Source: Syntrophales bacterium (GTDB lineage Bacteria > Desulfobacterota > Syntrophia > Syntrophales > UBA2210). Taken from it: a stretch of 64,000 bases of DNA. The translations under genes were made by a program, and so were the position numbers. Positions 8,961 through 19,148 of this stretch are shown piece after piece; the stretch's first letter is position 1, and the number at the start of each line of letters is the position of its first letter. The notes beneath the pieces are model-generated. The model was not told the DNA's origin, did no database searches, and saw only the letters and a list, made by a program, of their open reading frames with translations. The DNA is taken from contig CAXXKT010000001.1 in NCBI GenBank assembly GCA_963662405.2, positions 1,408,001 through 1,472,000 on the forward strand. The letters run 5' to 3'.

Positions 8961-9162
8961 TTTACCCCAGTGTCTCAAGATCTCTTATATCTCCTAATCC
9001 CCTTCTAGAACACAAGGTGAAAAAAATAACGAGTCCGAAGCTTGTTTCGCCGGTGGATATGAGAGAATATATTCGGATGGGCGCGGGACGAAACAACCAG
9101 GTCTTTGTACTTTCTGAAAACCGTGATATGTTGGTTCGGTAAATATTTCAAGGGAGGGTCCT

Positions 9163-9948
9163 ATGTTTACTTTTCATGATGTTTTGCTGGACACAACCGA
9201 CAGAATCGCAACCGTGACGCTCAATCGCCCCGAGGCGAGGAATGCCTTTAACGGTGGAATTCTCAGGGGATTGTATGACGCCGCGGCCCATATCCTGGGC
9301 GACCCGTCCATCAGCGTGGTCATCCTCACCGGCGCGGGAGAACAGGCGTTTTGCGCCGGGACGGACCTGAAGATGATTTCTTCGGGTGAGGACATGACCG
9401 GCGGGATGGAACGGCATGACCGCTTCGGGCATATACAGATCTATCGGGACTGCTTCACGGCGTACGAGAAGCTTCCGGTTCCGGTCATCGCGGCCATTAA
9501 CGGCTATTGTTTCGGCGCCGGCCTGGAGCTGATTCTGGGGTGCGATATACGATTAGCCGATGAAACGGCGATGTTTTCCATCCCCGAGGTTCAGCTGGGG
9601 ATTATGCCCGACGGGGGCGGGACGCAGAGGCTTCCCCGAATCGTGGGCGTCGGCAAGGCCAAGGAACTCATCTATACCGGGCGGAAGATCGATGCCCCGG
9701 AGGCGCTACGCATCGGGCTGGTGGAACATGTCTATCCCAAGGCAGACCTGATGGGCGAGGCCCAAACGCTGGCGCGCGAGATCGCCGACAACGGCGATCC
9801 GGTAATCGGGTGCAAACGGGCGATCAATATCGCCGCGAACTATTCCACGGATGTGGGACTCCTCTTTGAATCCACCACGCAGCAGTCCTATCTGGAGGCG
9901 TTTCAAAAGGGCGCCGGCAAGATGCTGGAGAAGGTGAAGAAGAAATAA
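9163..9948 (+). CDS. Enoyl-CoA hydratase/isomerase
   Basis: TLNRPEARNA, AFCAGTDL, PVIAAINGYCFGAGLEL and PEVQLGIMPDGGGTQRLPR motifs. Confidence 0.93.
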   Translation: MFTFHDVLLDTTDRIATVTLNRPEARNAFNGGILRGLYDAAAHILGDPSISVVILTGAGEQAFCAGTDLKMISSGEDMTGGMERHDRFGHIQIYRDCFTAYEKLPVPVIAAINGYCFGAGLELILGCDIRLADETAMFSIPEVQLGIMPDGGGTQRLPRIVGVGKAKELIYTGRKIDAPEALRIGLVEHVYPKADLMGEAQTLAREIADNGDPVIGCKRAINIAANYSTDVGLLFESTTQQSYLEAFQKGAGKMLEKVKKK

Positions 9949-10816
9949 GCAGATAATGATAGTGGATCGGGCGTGCCGCAAGGGTGAAGAAACGGCGCGC
10001 CCGTATTCCTCAGAAGATACCTTGAGAACCCCGGAAGAAGATGGCAGGATCAGGAATGGTCCTGCCATCTTGTATGTGCATTGCGACCAATGGCTGAGCT
10101 CGTTGACCGCGACACCGTCTGGATGCCGCCGCCGGATGCCGGGGCGACATCCTATTCACTGTTGAGGGGACGCGTCAATCGGAATGCCGCCCATTTTTAC
10201 AGATACCACGCATCTCAATAATTTTGTCTTGCCGTTGGTGTTCTCCTGCGTATCCGCATCTATCCCGGTACTCCCCCTGCCAAAGCAGCCATAGATGAAA
10301 GGTTGGTCCGACCGGGAGACCATCTCCTCCTGTTGTTCAGGGAGTGGTTGTATGGGACAACTCACCTCCGGATGGCTGATCGGTTGCACGGGGGTGATCC
10401 AAGAGCGGTGTTTTTTTCTAAAACAGACCCTGCACCGGTAGGTGCAGGGCGGATTTTTCCTGCTCGCCATCGAGGTGACCAGTTTCACTATCATGGAGTG
10501 AGTGGAATCATTGAACCTGTCCTGTGTTTCTGGGATAGTGATCCAACATTTTGAAATACGGATGTCCAATCATTGCATGCACGATAAAGCGCACGTTCGC
10601 GGTTTTTTTCTTTCGTGTAGGCGGAAAAGATGACCGCTGGGGTCCTCGAGCTTGTTGCGTTGAAGCCCTCTGAAAACGCCGTCGGGCTGCCCTTTGTGTG
10701 GGGAATGAAAGGGATGTGATACAGAGAGAAAACGATTGGGAAGGTGGGGGCAGTGTTGTTTTCCAGTGGCTGTTTTTGATAAAGAGCCAATTAAATCAAA
10801 TGATAAGGAGGAAGGT

Positions 10817-11338
10817 ATGCTCAGGAGGTTTGGAACCGTAACAACTATTGCCGTTATAATGGGGTTACTGGTCGTCCCCGTACTCGCAAAAAGTCCCACC
10901 GGTCCGTCGGGAAAATCGAACGTAGGACATGTGTATCTGTATGAAAAAGACGCGGAGTGGACACTTGTTGAGGGTGGCGCGTGGGGGAAAATGAAATATA
11001 ATCTGTCCGGATCGACATTCGACTTCGTGTTCAATGGGCATGACCTGCCCATCGGACAGGATTATACCCTGATCTACTACCCTGATCCCTGGCCGGGAAC
11101 CGGTCTGATCTGCTTGGGCTCCGGTGTCGTCAATGAATACGGAGACATCCATATCAAGGAATCCGTGGATACCGGTGACCTGCCGATTGAGACCGACGAA
11201 AACGGTGGAGCCAAAATCTGGCTGGTACTGTCCGATGACGTAAGCTGTTCCGGCGAGAGTGAGATGGTCGCGTGGGATCCCACAGCTTACCTCTTTGAGG
11301 GCGATCTGATTCTCTTTGACGACGAAGACGAAGAATAG
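10817..11338 (+). CDS. Hypothetical secreted acidic protein
   Basis: AAGGAGG RBS and signal-peptide-like N-terminus ending VLA. Protein-like composition, followed by a terminator. No family recognised. Confidence 0.7.
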   Translation: MLRRFGTVTTIAVIMGLLVVPVLAKSPTGPSGKSNVGHVYLYEKDAEWTLVEGGAWGKMKYNLSGSTFDFVFNGHDLPIGQDYTLIYYPDPWPGTGLICLGSGVVNEYGDIHIKESVDTGDLPIETDENGGAKIWLVLSDDVSCSGESEMVAWDPTAYLFEGDLILFDDEDEE

Positions 11339-11413
11339 ATGATGGGAAAAGACTTCAAGGTTGTCGGCAGGTAATCGCCGGTTCTCACATCCATTTTCTT
11401 GATGAATGTTTAC

Positions 11414-11443
11414 AAGGCAGGGCAGCAATGCCCCTGCCTTTTT
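11414..11443. terminator. Intrinsic terminator between convergent genes
   Basis: AAGGCAGGG...CCCTGCCTT stem followed by a T-tract. Confidence 0.7.
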
Positions 11444-11457
11444 CATTTTTGAATTGT

Positions 11458-12150
11458 CTATTTGATCAGCATACTGGACGCGTCCAGGGCGAGCCGGGAG
11501 AGACCGGAGATGATATCTTCCGGTCCTTTCAGCGGCTTGATCCGGATGTTGGTTTCCTCCGGTTCGAGTTTGAGCGCCACATCAAACAGATCCTGGATAT
11601 CCGCTATCGATGTCGGAAATGCACCGGAGGAGGCGTTTTCGTGGCGGTGGGTATGCACGCTGAACCATACCTGTAGCGATTGCTCTCCGGCCAGCATCTT
11701 CATTTCTTCCAGACAATTCCGTGCTGATTCGTCGAATCTGAGGCCGTCCACAATGATCATGTCGGGACGAAAAATGTTCTGCTCGTCGAGATCCATAAGC
11801 CGTTCTCGCAATTTCGGCACGCTGAACCCGGCGATCCTGAAGGTCATGATAAAGCGGTGCGGGAGCAAAGATTCCAGGGAAATGTCACCCTGCTCGACCC
11901 CGTCCCTCTGGCTCAAGTGATGGAACAGCTCTTCATACCAAAGGGTTACCTTGTCGACCGGATCAATCATACTGATATGCAGGACATTCTGGTCCCTCAG
12001 CATGGTGTTCAGGGCAAGTTGTACCAGGAGGGCGGTCTTGCCGACACCGGCCCGTGAAAGGACGGCTCCGAACTGTCCCCCGGCAATAATATCGGGGACC
12101 CCGCCCTTAATACCAAAGGGATGCCTATTGATGAGATCGCTTTTAACCAT
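11458..12150 (-). CDS. P-loop (RecA/KaiC-like) cytoplasmic protein
   Basis: Walker A-like SRAGVGKT and Walker B-like MIIVDG. Directly downstream of fusA. Confidence 0.7.
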   Translation of the reverse strand: MVKSDLINRHPFGIKGGVPDIIAGGQFGAVLSRAGVGKTALLVQLALNTMLRDQNVLHISMIDPVDKVTLWYEELFHHLSQRDGVEQGDISLESLLPHRFIMTFRIAGFSVPKLRERLMDLDEQNIFRPDMIIVDGLRFDESARNCLEEMKMLAGEQSLQVWFSVHTHRHENASSGAFPTSIADIQDLFDVALKLEPEETNIRIKPLKGPEDIISGLSRLALDASSMLIK

Positions 12151-12194
12151 CGGTGTACTCCTTCATACGTTGTACCGGATCCGGTTTCAGATTG

Positions 12195-14273
12195 TTATTT
12201 ACCCTTTTTGGCTTGTGCTGCTTTATCGGCGAGTTCTTCGGCGATTGACTGGGGGACCAGTTTGTAGAGAGCGAACTCCATGGTGAACTGGGCTTGTCCC
12301 TGCGTTGCCGACCTCAGGACGGTCGAAAAACCGAACATCTCCGCCAGCGGAACCTGCGCCTCGATGACGCACACGGGACCGTCATCCTGCGTGCCGACGA
12401 TCATACCACGCCGTTGATTGAGAAGGCCCATACAGGCACCCTGAAATTCAGTCGGTGTCTCGACGACGACCTTCATCACCGGTTCGTGGATAACGACGCC
12501 CGCCTTGGCGTAGGCCTCCAAAAATCCCCCTCGCGCCGCAGCCTGAAAGGCCATCTCCGAAGAGTCGACGCTGTGTGCTGCTCCGTCATTGATGACTGCT
12601 CGAACGCCGGTCACGGGGAATTCCAGTTTGGGACCCTTTGCCATGCAGGCCTGGAATCCCTTCTCACATGAGGGGATAAACTGTGTGGGGATGGCCCCTC
12701 CCACGATTTTGTTGACGAATTCGAATTCCCCTTCCGTAATCGGCTCGATATATCCCGCGATCCGACCGTATTGTCCGGAACCACCGGTCTGTTTCTTGTG
12801 CGTGTAGTTGAAATCCGCCTTGCGGGTAATGGTTTCGCGGTAGGCGACGCGGGGGTTGCCGGTCTCGACCTCTGCCCCGTACTCACGTCGCATGCGCTCC
12901 ACGTAGATCTCCAGGTGCAGCTCGCCCATCCCTTCGATGATCGTCTCTTTTGTTTCATCATCGACATGGGTCTTGAATGTCGGATCTTCTTTCGTGAAGC
13001 GGTTCAATGCCTTGGACATGTTGATCTGTGCCTTGTTGTCCTTGGGGGTGATCGCCAGGGAAATCACCGGATCGGCGACGAACATTGAACTCATGGCGAG
13101 GGATGTGCCGGGAGAAACGAATGTGTCTCCCGACGCGCAGTCAATCCCGAAAAGGGCGCCGATGTATCCTGCCGGGATTGCATCGATATCCTCCATCTGA
13201 TCGGCATGCATCCGGACCACCCGCCCGATCTTTACCTTCTTTTCCGTGCGGGCGTTGACGATTGTGTCTCCTTTTCGGACCGAACCCTGGTACACGCGGA
13301 TGTAAGTCAGCTGGCCGTAAGCGCCGTCTTCCAGTTTGAACGCGAGCGCGACCGTGGGGGCATCGGGGTTGGAGGAGAGGATGACGGGTTCTTCCCCCTT
13401 GCTCAGGTCGAGGGCCTCGTTTTTCATCTCCGAGGGGCAGGGGAGCAATCGGGTCACGGCATCGAGCATAGGCTGAACCCCCTTGTTTTTATAGGCCGAG
13501 CCCATAAATACCGGTGTCATCGCTCGGGTCAGCGTTCCCATGCGCAGGGCGTTGATCAGCAGCTCCTCGGGGATGTCTTTCTCTTCGAGAACGGCTTCCA
13601 TCAATTCGTCTGAAAACATGGTGGCCGCCTCGACCAGCGCTTCCCGTTTGACCTTGGCTTCGGAGGCAAGGGCGGCTGGAATTTCCTCAACGCGGACGAT
13701 TTCCCCGTTATTCCCGTCGAAATAGACCGCTTTCATTGTGATCAGGTCGACAACCCCCTGAAAATCATTTTCGAGTCCGATGGGGATCTGGACGGCGACG
13801 GCGTTATGCCCGAGTTTCGTTCTGAGCTGGTCGATGACCCGGGAAGGGTTCGCGCCGCTCCGGTCGCACTTGTTTATGAAGGCGATACAGGGGACTTTAT
13901 ATCGCTTCATCTGTTGATCGACGGTGATCGACTGTGATTGGACGCCTCCCACCGCGCACAGAACGAGGGCCGCCCCGTCGAGGACCCTGAGGGAGCGTTC
14001 AACCTCGACGGTGAAGTCGACATGGCCGGGAGTATCGATAATGTTGATCTCATGTCCCCGCCATTGGCAGAATGTGGCCGCCGAGGCGATGGTAATCCCG
14101 CGTTCCTTCTCGAGTTCCATAGAATCCATAGTCGCTCCGACGCCGTCTTTCCCCTTGACGTCGTGAATCGCATGGATCCTCTTTGTGTAAAAGAGTATCC
14201 GTTCCGTCAGTGTCGTTTTCCCTGAATCGATGTGCGCACTGATCCCGATATTCCGTACTTTTTTGTCATCCAT
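12195..14273 (-). CDS. fusA: Elongation factor G (stand-alone copy outside the str operon)
   Basis: [39 protein letters not shown] and GMGELHLE motifs. Confidence 0.97.
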   Translation of the reverse strand: MDDKKVRNIGISAHIDSGKTTLTERILFYTKRIHAIHDVKGKDGVGATMDSMELEKERGITIASAATFCQWRGHEINIIDTPGHVDFTVEVERSLRVLDGAALVLCAVGGVQSQSITVDQQMKRYKVPCIAFINKCDRSGANPSRVIDQLRTKLGHNAVAVQIPIGLENDFQGVVDLITMKAVYFDGNNGEIVRVEEIPAALASEAKVKREALVEAATMFSDELMEAVLEEKDIPEELLINALRMGTLTRAMTPVFMGSAYKNKGVQPMLDAVTRLLPCPSEMKNEALDLSKGEEPVILSSNPDAPTVALAFKLEDGAYGQLTYIRVYQGSVRKGDTIVNARTEKKVKIGRVVRMHADQMEDIDAIPAGYIGALFGIDCASGDTFVSPGTSLAMSSMFVADPVISLAITPKDNKAQINMSKALNRFTKEDPTFKTHVDDETKETIIEGMGELHLEIYVERMRREYGAEVETGNPRVAYRETITRKADFNYTHKKQTGGSGQYGRIAGYIEPITEGEFEFVNKIVGGAIPTQFIPSCEKGFQACMAKGPKLEFPVTGVRAVINDGAAHSVDSSEMAFQAAARGGFLEAYAKAGVVIHEPVMKVVVETPTEFQGACMGLLNQRRGMIVGTQDDGPVCVIEAQVPLAEMFGFSTVLRSATQGQAQFTMEFALYKLVPQSIAEELADKAAQAKKGK

Positions 14274-14401
14274 CCTACTTTTCCTATGGGTAAATATAAA
14301 AGAAGATACGATCAATACGATTATATCAATTAAATAACCCCCTCGCAATCTTTCACTGCAGGGGGTATCGTCATATCTCAACTCAATGCGAAAAGGCGGG
14401 T

Positions 14402-14430
14402 TTTATAGTCAATTCGTCTCCGCCTGTCAA
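14402..14430 (-). promoter_or_regulatory. Sigma70 promoter for fusA
   Basis: TTGACA-17 nt-TATAAA on the minus strand. Confidence 0.7.
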
Positions 14431-14468
14431 GAACTATTTTAGCGAATCGACCGGCAAGAAATACCACC

Positions 14469-14497
14469 TTGACTTTTATGGGGCGAGTTGGCATAAT
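14469..14497 (+). promoter_or_regulatory. Sigma70 promoter for the zapB-zapA-6S-rny region
   Basis: TTGACT-17 nt-CATAAT. Confidence 0.65.
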
Positions 14498-14540
14498 CGA
14501 ACCAAAACAAGATATTGTCAGATAAAAATAGAGGTTAGGC

Positions 14541-14765
14541 GTGGAATTAGAACGATTTGGTGAACTTGAACGAAAGATTCGGGAGATTGTAGAAGGGTGT
14601 TCCACGCTAAAAAATCGGAACCAGGAATTGGAACGATTGCTGGAAGAATCAAACGCCCGGCTGGAAGAGGCAGAAAGGAAAACACACACGTTAAGCGAGC
14701 AAAAGGATGCGGTACGTACGAAGGTGGATACGCTCCTTGATATGCTGCGCGATATCGAGATGTAA
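14541..14765 (+). CDS. ZapB-like coiled-coil cell division protein
   Basis: 74 aa coiled coil ending VRTKVDTLL, immediately upstream of zapA. Confidence 0.7.
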   Translation: MELERFGELERKIREIVEGCSTLKNRNQELERLLEESNARLEEAERKTHTLSEQKDAVRTKVDTLLDMLRDIEM

Positions 14766-14790
14766 AGGTTGAAACACAGGGGAATCGCCT

Positions 14791-15102
14791 TTGAAAAAGC
14801 GTTTCGACATAGTGGTGATGGACCGGCGTTTTTCGGTCCTGAGCGATAAAGGGGATGAGTATGTAGAGAAGATTGTCCGATATGTGAACGAGAGGGCTAA
14901 GGAAATAGGAGAGGCCTCAGAGAATGCAACAGCTTCAGATGTCGCTATTTTGGTTGCTTTAAATATTACCGAGGAGTTGTTTGGAATACGAGAAGAAAAA
15001 GAGAATCTGTCTAACAGGTTTGCAGGTGAAGTTGAGGATTTAATCAGGTATATAGATACAAAAAGCACAGTAATCCCCTGCGATGTGCGTGATGGCCTGT
15101 AA
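14791..15102 (+). CDS. zapA: Cell division protein ZapA
   Basis: EYVEKIVRYVNER...VAILVALNITEEL motif. Synteny with 6S RNA and rny. Confidence 0.85.
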   Translation: MKKRFDIVVMDRRFSVLSDKGDEYVEKIVRYVNERAKEIGEASENATASDVAILVALNITEELFGIREEKENLSNRFAGEVEDLIRYIDTKSTVIPCDVRDGL

Positions 15103-15264
15103 ATTTTTTGAACCAACACCTTATGACTGAAGCACCCTTCCTTGCTTGTGGTGTGCATGTCCGCCGTGTCCCGTAAGGGGCGGGGGGGAAAGCCTGAAGC
15201 GGCAACAGGTTGCTAATCCTTTTATGAGGTTCAAAATAATGGTTGTCACGGCATAGGCGGGGGA
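15074..15264 (+). ncRNA. ssrS: 6S RNA
   Basis: ~190 nt long hairpin closed by TCCCCTGC...GCGGGGGA, with TTTTGAACC/GGTTCAAAA pairing. Lies in the usual position after zapA. Confidence 0.85.
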
Positions 15265-15450
15265 GACGTATAGCAGAAGCGTTTTTACCCCTCTCAAGGC
15301 CTCGGGCGCGCTTGGTCGTGTCCTTTCTCCGGCGGTTGTGCCTATCCGAACGGCATGCCGTGTCATATCCTTACCCCTTCCTACTTACTAATTTACGAGT
15401 AATATTGTTCCTGTTCCTGCGAAATAATGACGGGGGGGAGGTAGAAGATC

Positions 15451-17016
15451 GTGTTGAATATTAGTTTTGTAATACTGATGGTGTTGGTGGCCACGGCACT
15501 GGGTGTGGCCTTGGGCTATGTCCTGCGAAAGATGATTTCCGACCGGATGCTGGAGTCATCGGAGAAACTGGCCGCGCGGATTACGACCGAGGCCCAGAAA
15601 GAGGCGGAGAATATCAAGAAAGAGGCTATTCTCCAGGCCAAGGATCATCTCCTCAAGGCCAAGAATGAATTTGAAAAAGAGGCGAGAGACAGAAGAACGG
15701 AGATCGAAAAGGTCGAAGAGCGGATCCACCAGAAGGAGATAAATCTGGACAAAAAGACGGATCAGCTTGCCCAGAGGGAAAATTCTTTTGAAAAAAAAGA
15801 AAATAGCCTTCTCGATAAAGAAAACCTCTTGCGTGAAAAGCATGACAAGGTGGACACAATTATCGAGGAGCAACGGGCGCAGTTGGAACGGATCGCCGGG
15901 ATTTCCTCGGAGGAGGCGAAGGAGTCTCTTGTCCAGCTGATGGTGGATGACGCCCGGCACGAAGCGGGTGGTATCATCCGAAAAATGGAGGATGACACCA
16001 GGCGGGAAGCGGAAAAAAAGTCCCGCGAGATCCTGGCCTATGCGGTCCAACGATATGCCTCCGATTTTGTAGCGGAGAACACCGTTTCGGTGGTCAACCT
16101 CCCGTCGGATGAGATGAAGGGAAGGATCATCGGGCGGGAGGGGAGAAACATCCGGGCCATTGAGGCCGCGACCGGTACGGATCTCATCATCGACGATACC
16201 CCCGAGGCGGTGGTTATCTCCAGCTTCGATCCCGTACGGCGGGAAGTGGCGAAGCGGGCCTTGGAAAGTCTGATACATGACGGCCGAATTCATCCGGGAA
16301 GAATCGAAGAGATCGTCAAAAAGATCCGGGCGGAAGTTGATAAGGTGATTCAGGAGACGGGAGAGCGGGTTTCCTTCGACGCGGGGGTTCATGATGTTCA
16401 TGCCGAACTGTTGACCCTTCTCGGGCGGCTTCGGTTCCGGACGAGTTTTTCCCAGAATGTCCTGGAGCATTCCATTGAGGTTTCCCATCTTGCGGGGATG
16501 ATGGCCGCCGAGCTCAAGATGAATGTGAAAGATGCCAAACGGGCCGGCCTGCTGCACGATATCGGGAAGGCGATCGACCATGAGGTGGAAGGACCGCATG
16601 CCGCCATCGGAGCGGAGTATGCCCGAAAATATGGGGAATCCGAGAAGATCGTTCAGGCGATCGCGCAGCACCACGATGACGGGCATAACAATACCGTTCT
16701 CGGTGTCATCATACAGGCGGCGGACACCCTTTCCGCCGCACGACCCGGCGCTCGCAGAGAGATGCTTGCAACCTATGTCAAGCGGTTGGCGGAGCTGGAA
16801 GGGATAGCGACTTCCTTCAGCGGCGTCGATACCTGCTACGCGATCCAGGCCGGACGGGAGATACGCATCCTGGTGGAAAACGAGAAGGTGTCCGACAGTG
16901 ATGCCGTTATGCTCTGCAAAGATATCGTCAAAAAGGTAGAGTCGGAGATGACCTACCCGGGACAGATCAAGGTCACGGTGATCCGGGAGATGCGCGTGTC
17001 TGAGTTTGCGAAGTAG
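15451..17016 (+). CDS. rny: Ribonuclease Y
   Basis: N-terminal TM helix, coiled coil, KH motif [13 protein letters not shown] and HD motif LLHDIGK. Confidence 0.97.
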   Translation: MLNISFVILMVLVATALGVALGYVLRKMISDRMLESSEKLAARITTEAQKEAENIKKEAILQAKDHLLKAKNEFEKEARDRRTEIEKVEERIHQKEINLDKKTDQLAQRENSFEKKENSLLDKENLLREKHDKVDTIIEEQRAQLERIAGISSEEAKESLVQLMVDDARHEAGGIIRKMEDDTRREAEKKSREILAYAVQRYASDFVAENTVSVVNLPSDEMKGRIIGREGRNIRAIEAATGTDLIIDDTPEAVVISSFDPVRREVAKRALESLIHDGRIHPGRIEEIVKKIRAEVDKVIQETGERVSFDAGVHDVHAELLTLLGRLRFRTSFSQNVLEHSIEVSHLAGMMAAELKMNVKDAKRAGLLHDIGKAIDHEVEGPHAAIGAEYARKYGESEKIVQAIAQHHDDGHNNTVLGVIIQAADTLSAARPGARREMLATYVKRLAELEGIATSFSGVDTCYAIQAGREIRILVENEKVSDSDAVMLCKDIVKKVESEMTYPGQIKVTVIREMRVSEFAK

Positions 17017-17034
17017 AACAGGAAGGTCTGAGGC

Positions 17035-17820
17035 GTGAAGGTACTCTTCATCGGAGACATCGTGGGAAAGCCGGGGCGAAAGGCGGTGCGTGCTCTTCTC
17101 CCCGGTATCGTGGGGCGCCGTGGGGTGGATGTCGTTATCGCCAATTGCGAGAATGCGGCCGGCGGGTTCGGCGTCACCAGAAAGGTCGTGGAGGAACTCT
17201 ACGATAACGAAATCGATGCCCTGACGTCCGGCAATCATATATGGGACAAGAAGGATATAGAAGGGTTCATAGATGACTATGACACTCTCCTGCGCCCGGC
17301 TAATTATCCGGTAGGCACCCCGGGGAAGGGGAGCGTCGTCGTGCAGACCGGCCGGGGAATATCCCTGGGGGTCTTGAACCTTGAAGGGCGTGTCTTTATG
17401 AGGCCCCTCGATTGTCCCTTCCGGGTCGCTGAAAAAGAACTCGAAACATTGACGGAACTGACGGATATTGTCATCGTTGATATCCATGCCGAGGCGACCT
17501 CGGAGAAAGAGGCCCTGGGGTGGTTTCTTGACGGACGGGTGAGTGCCGTTGTGGGGACGCATACCCATGTGCAGACGGCGGACGAGCGGGTTCTCCCTCA
17601 TGGGACCGCTTACATAACGGATGTTGGCATGACGGGCTCCTTTGATTCCGTCTTGGGGATCAAAAAGGAGGTGGCCCTTCAGCGGTTTCTGACACTTCTT
17701 CCCAACCGGTACGAGGTTGCGAAAGGGGATGCTCGACTGCAGGGGGTCTTGATAGATATTGATGATCAAACAGGCAAGAGCCTTTCGATCGAAAGACTGT
17801 CTCTTGCCATGGAAAGTTGA
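17035..17820 (+). CDS. TIGR00282/YmdB metallophosphoesterase
   Basis: GDIVGKPGR, ENAAGG, TSGNH, HAEATSEK and GTHTHVQTAD motifs. Confidence 0.95.
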   Translation: MKVLFIGDIVGKPGRKAVRALLPGIVGRRGVDVVIANCENAAGGFGVTRKVVEELYDNEIDALTSGNHIWDKKDIEGFIDDYDTLLRPANYPVGTPGKGSVVVQTGRGISLGVLNLEGRVFMRPLDCPFRVAEKELETLTELTDIVIVDIHAEATSEKEALGWFLDGRVSAVVGTHTHVQTADERVLPHGTAYITDVGMTGSFDSVLGIKKEVALQRFLTLLPNRYEVAKGDARLQGVLIDIDDQTGKSLSIERLSLAMES

Positions 17821-17825
17821 CGAGT

Positions 17826-19109
17826 ATGAACGAAAAAAGCGCCTATGATATCTTATACGAGAGGGGATTCGTCGAGCAGATTACGGATGAAGAGCCGATA
17901 CGGAGACTCCTGAAGGACGAGACGGTTACCTGCTATATCGGGTTTGACCCGACGGCGGCGAGCCTCCATATCGGGAGTCTTGTTCCGATCATGTCGCTCA
18001 TGCATATGCAACGTTGCGGACACCGGGTGATTGCCCTTGTGGGTGGCGGTACCGCCTTGATCGGCGATCCCAGCGGAAAGACCGAAATGCGCCGTATCAT
18101 GACGCGGGATGAGATCGACGGCAACGCGGAAGCCATCAAAAAACAGTTATCCCAATATATCAATTTCGAAGAGGGAAAGGCGCTTCTCCTGAACAATGCG
18201 GACTGGCTGGCGCAGCTCAACTATGTCGAGTTTCTGAGGGATATCGGACGGTGCTTCAGCGTCAACCGGATGCTCGCCGCCGAGAGTTATAAAATGCGCC
18301 TGGAGAAGGGGCTCAACTTCATCGAGTTCAACTATATGCTCCTCCAATCCTACGATTTTTACTATCTGAGCAAGCACTACGACTGTGTCCTCCAGATGGG
18401 GGGAAATGACCAGTGGGGAAATATCGTGGCGGGTATCGATCTGACGAGGCGGCTGGAGGAAAAGAAAATCTATGGGATGACCTTTCCCCTCCTTGTCACG
18501 TCTCAGGGGCACAAGATGGGAAAAACGGAAAAGGGAACGGTCTGGTTGGAAGCCGAGCTCACCTCCCCCTATGATTATTTCCAGTACTGGATCAACACGG
18601 AGGATGCCGATGTCGGGAAGTTCCTCGCGCTTTTTAGTCTCCTGCCCATGGAAGAGATCGAGGAATCGGGAAAACTGATGGATTCGGAGCTGAACATGGC
18701 AAAGGCCGTTCTGGCCTTTGAAGCAACACGGATTACCCACGGAGAGGACGCGGCGGTTGCGGCCTGGGGGGCGGCGGTGAATAATTTCGGACTGAGACCG
18801 GTCAGGCCCGACCTCTTCCCGTCAAGTACCATTCCGCGGACCAACGCGACTGATGCGTCGGCGATTCCCACTGTGGAAAAGGCAAGAGGTGAACTGGGAG
18901 AGGGGATCTCGGCCTTCGAGCTTTTCCACGATGCAGGCCTGTGCAAGTCCCGGGGCGAGGCGCGGCGGCTTATCACACAGGGAGGTGCCTATGTCAACGG
19001 TCGTCAGGTGACCGTCTTCGATGAGAAAATCGGAAACGATGATGCCGAAGATGGTGTTATCCGCCTGAGAAAAGGGAAGAAACAGCACGTCCTCATTCGG
19101 GTGGTATAA
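17826..19109 (+). CDS. tyrS: Tyrosine--tRNA ligase
   Basis: YIGFDPTAASLHIGS (HIGH), QMGGNDQWGNI, KMGKT and a C-terminal S4 domain. Confidence 0.97.
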   Translation: MNEKSAYDILYERGFVEQITDEEPIRRLLKDETVTCYIGFDPTAASLHIGSLVPIMSLMHMQRCGHRVIALVGGGTALIGDPSGKTEMRRIMTRDEIDGNAEAIKKQLSQYINFEEGKALLLNNADWLAQLNYVEFLRDIGRCFSVNRMLAAESYKMRLEKGLNFIEFNYMLLQSYDFYYLSKHYDCVLQMGGNDQWGNIVAGIDLTRRLEEKKIYGMTFPLLVTSQGHKMGKTEKGTVWLEAELTSPYDYFQYWINTEDADVGKFLALFSLLPMEEIEESGKLMDSELNMAKAVLAFEATRITHGEDAAVAAWGAAVNNFGLRPVRPDLFPSSTIPRTNATDASAIPTVEKARGELGEGISAFELFHDAGLCKSRGEARRLITQGGAYVNGRQVTVFDEKIGNDDAEDGVIRLRKGKKQHVLIRVV

Positions 19110-19148
19110 AGGGGAGTCTGTCTCCCCCGCTCGGATCATATCGGCGGG

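Larger units (their letters stand above)
7780..9016 (-). mobile_element. Complete IS110-family (IS621-like) insertion sequence with CT cores at both ends
   Basis: Minus-strand junctions: left TTTTCAC-CT-TGTGT (core 9015-9016) and right ACGGTAT-CT-ACAAC (core 7780-7781). No terminal inverted repeats. Long non-coding left end and very short right end carrying TTGACA. Confidence 0.9.

Noticed and set aside
10140..10570. ORFs 10156-10569 and 10303-10554
   Set aside because: No recognisable family; probably decayed sequence.
10570..10740. Possible c-di-GMP-type riboswitch upstream of the secreted protein
   Set aside because: Only scattered motif resemblance; the conserved GCAAA/GAAA/GACGCAAAG order is missing. 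An Rfam scan would settle it.
15556..17769. Long antisense ORFs (737 aa here; also 32583-34547, 44006-45904 and 57634-59292)
   Set aside because: These are shadow ORFs opposite well-supported genes in high-GC DNA, with no recognisable motifs.
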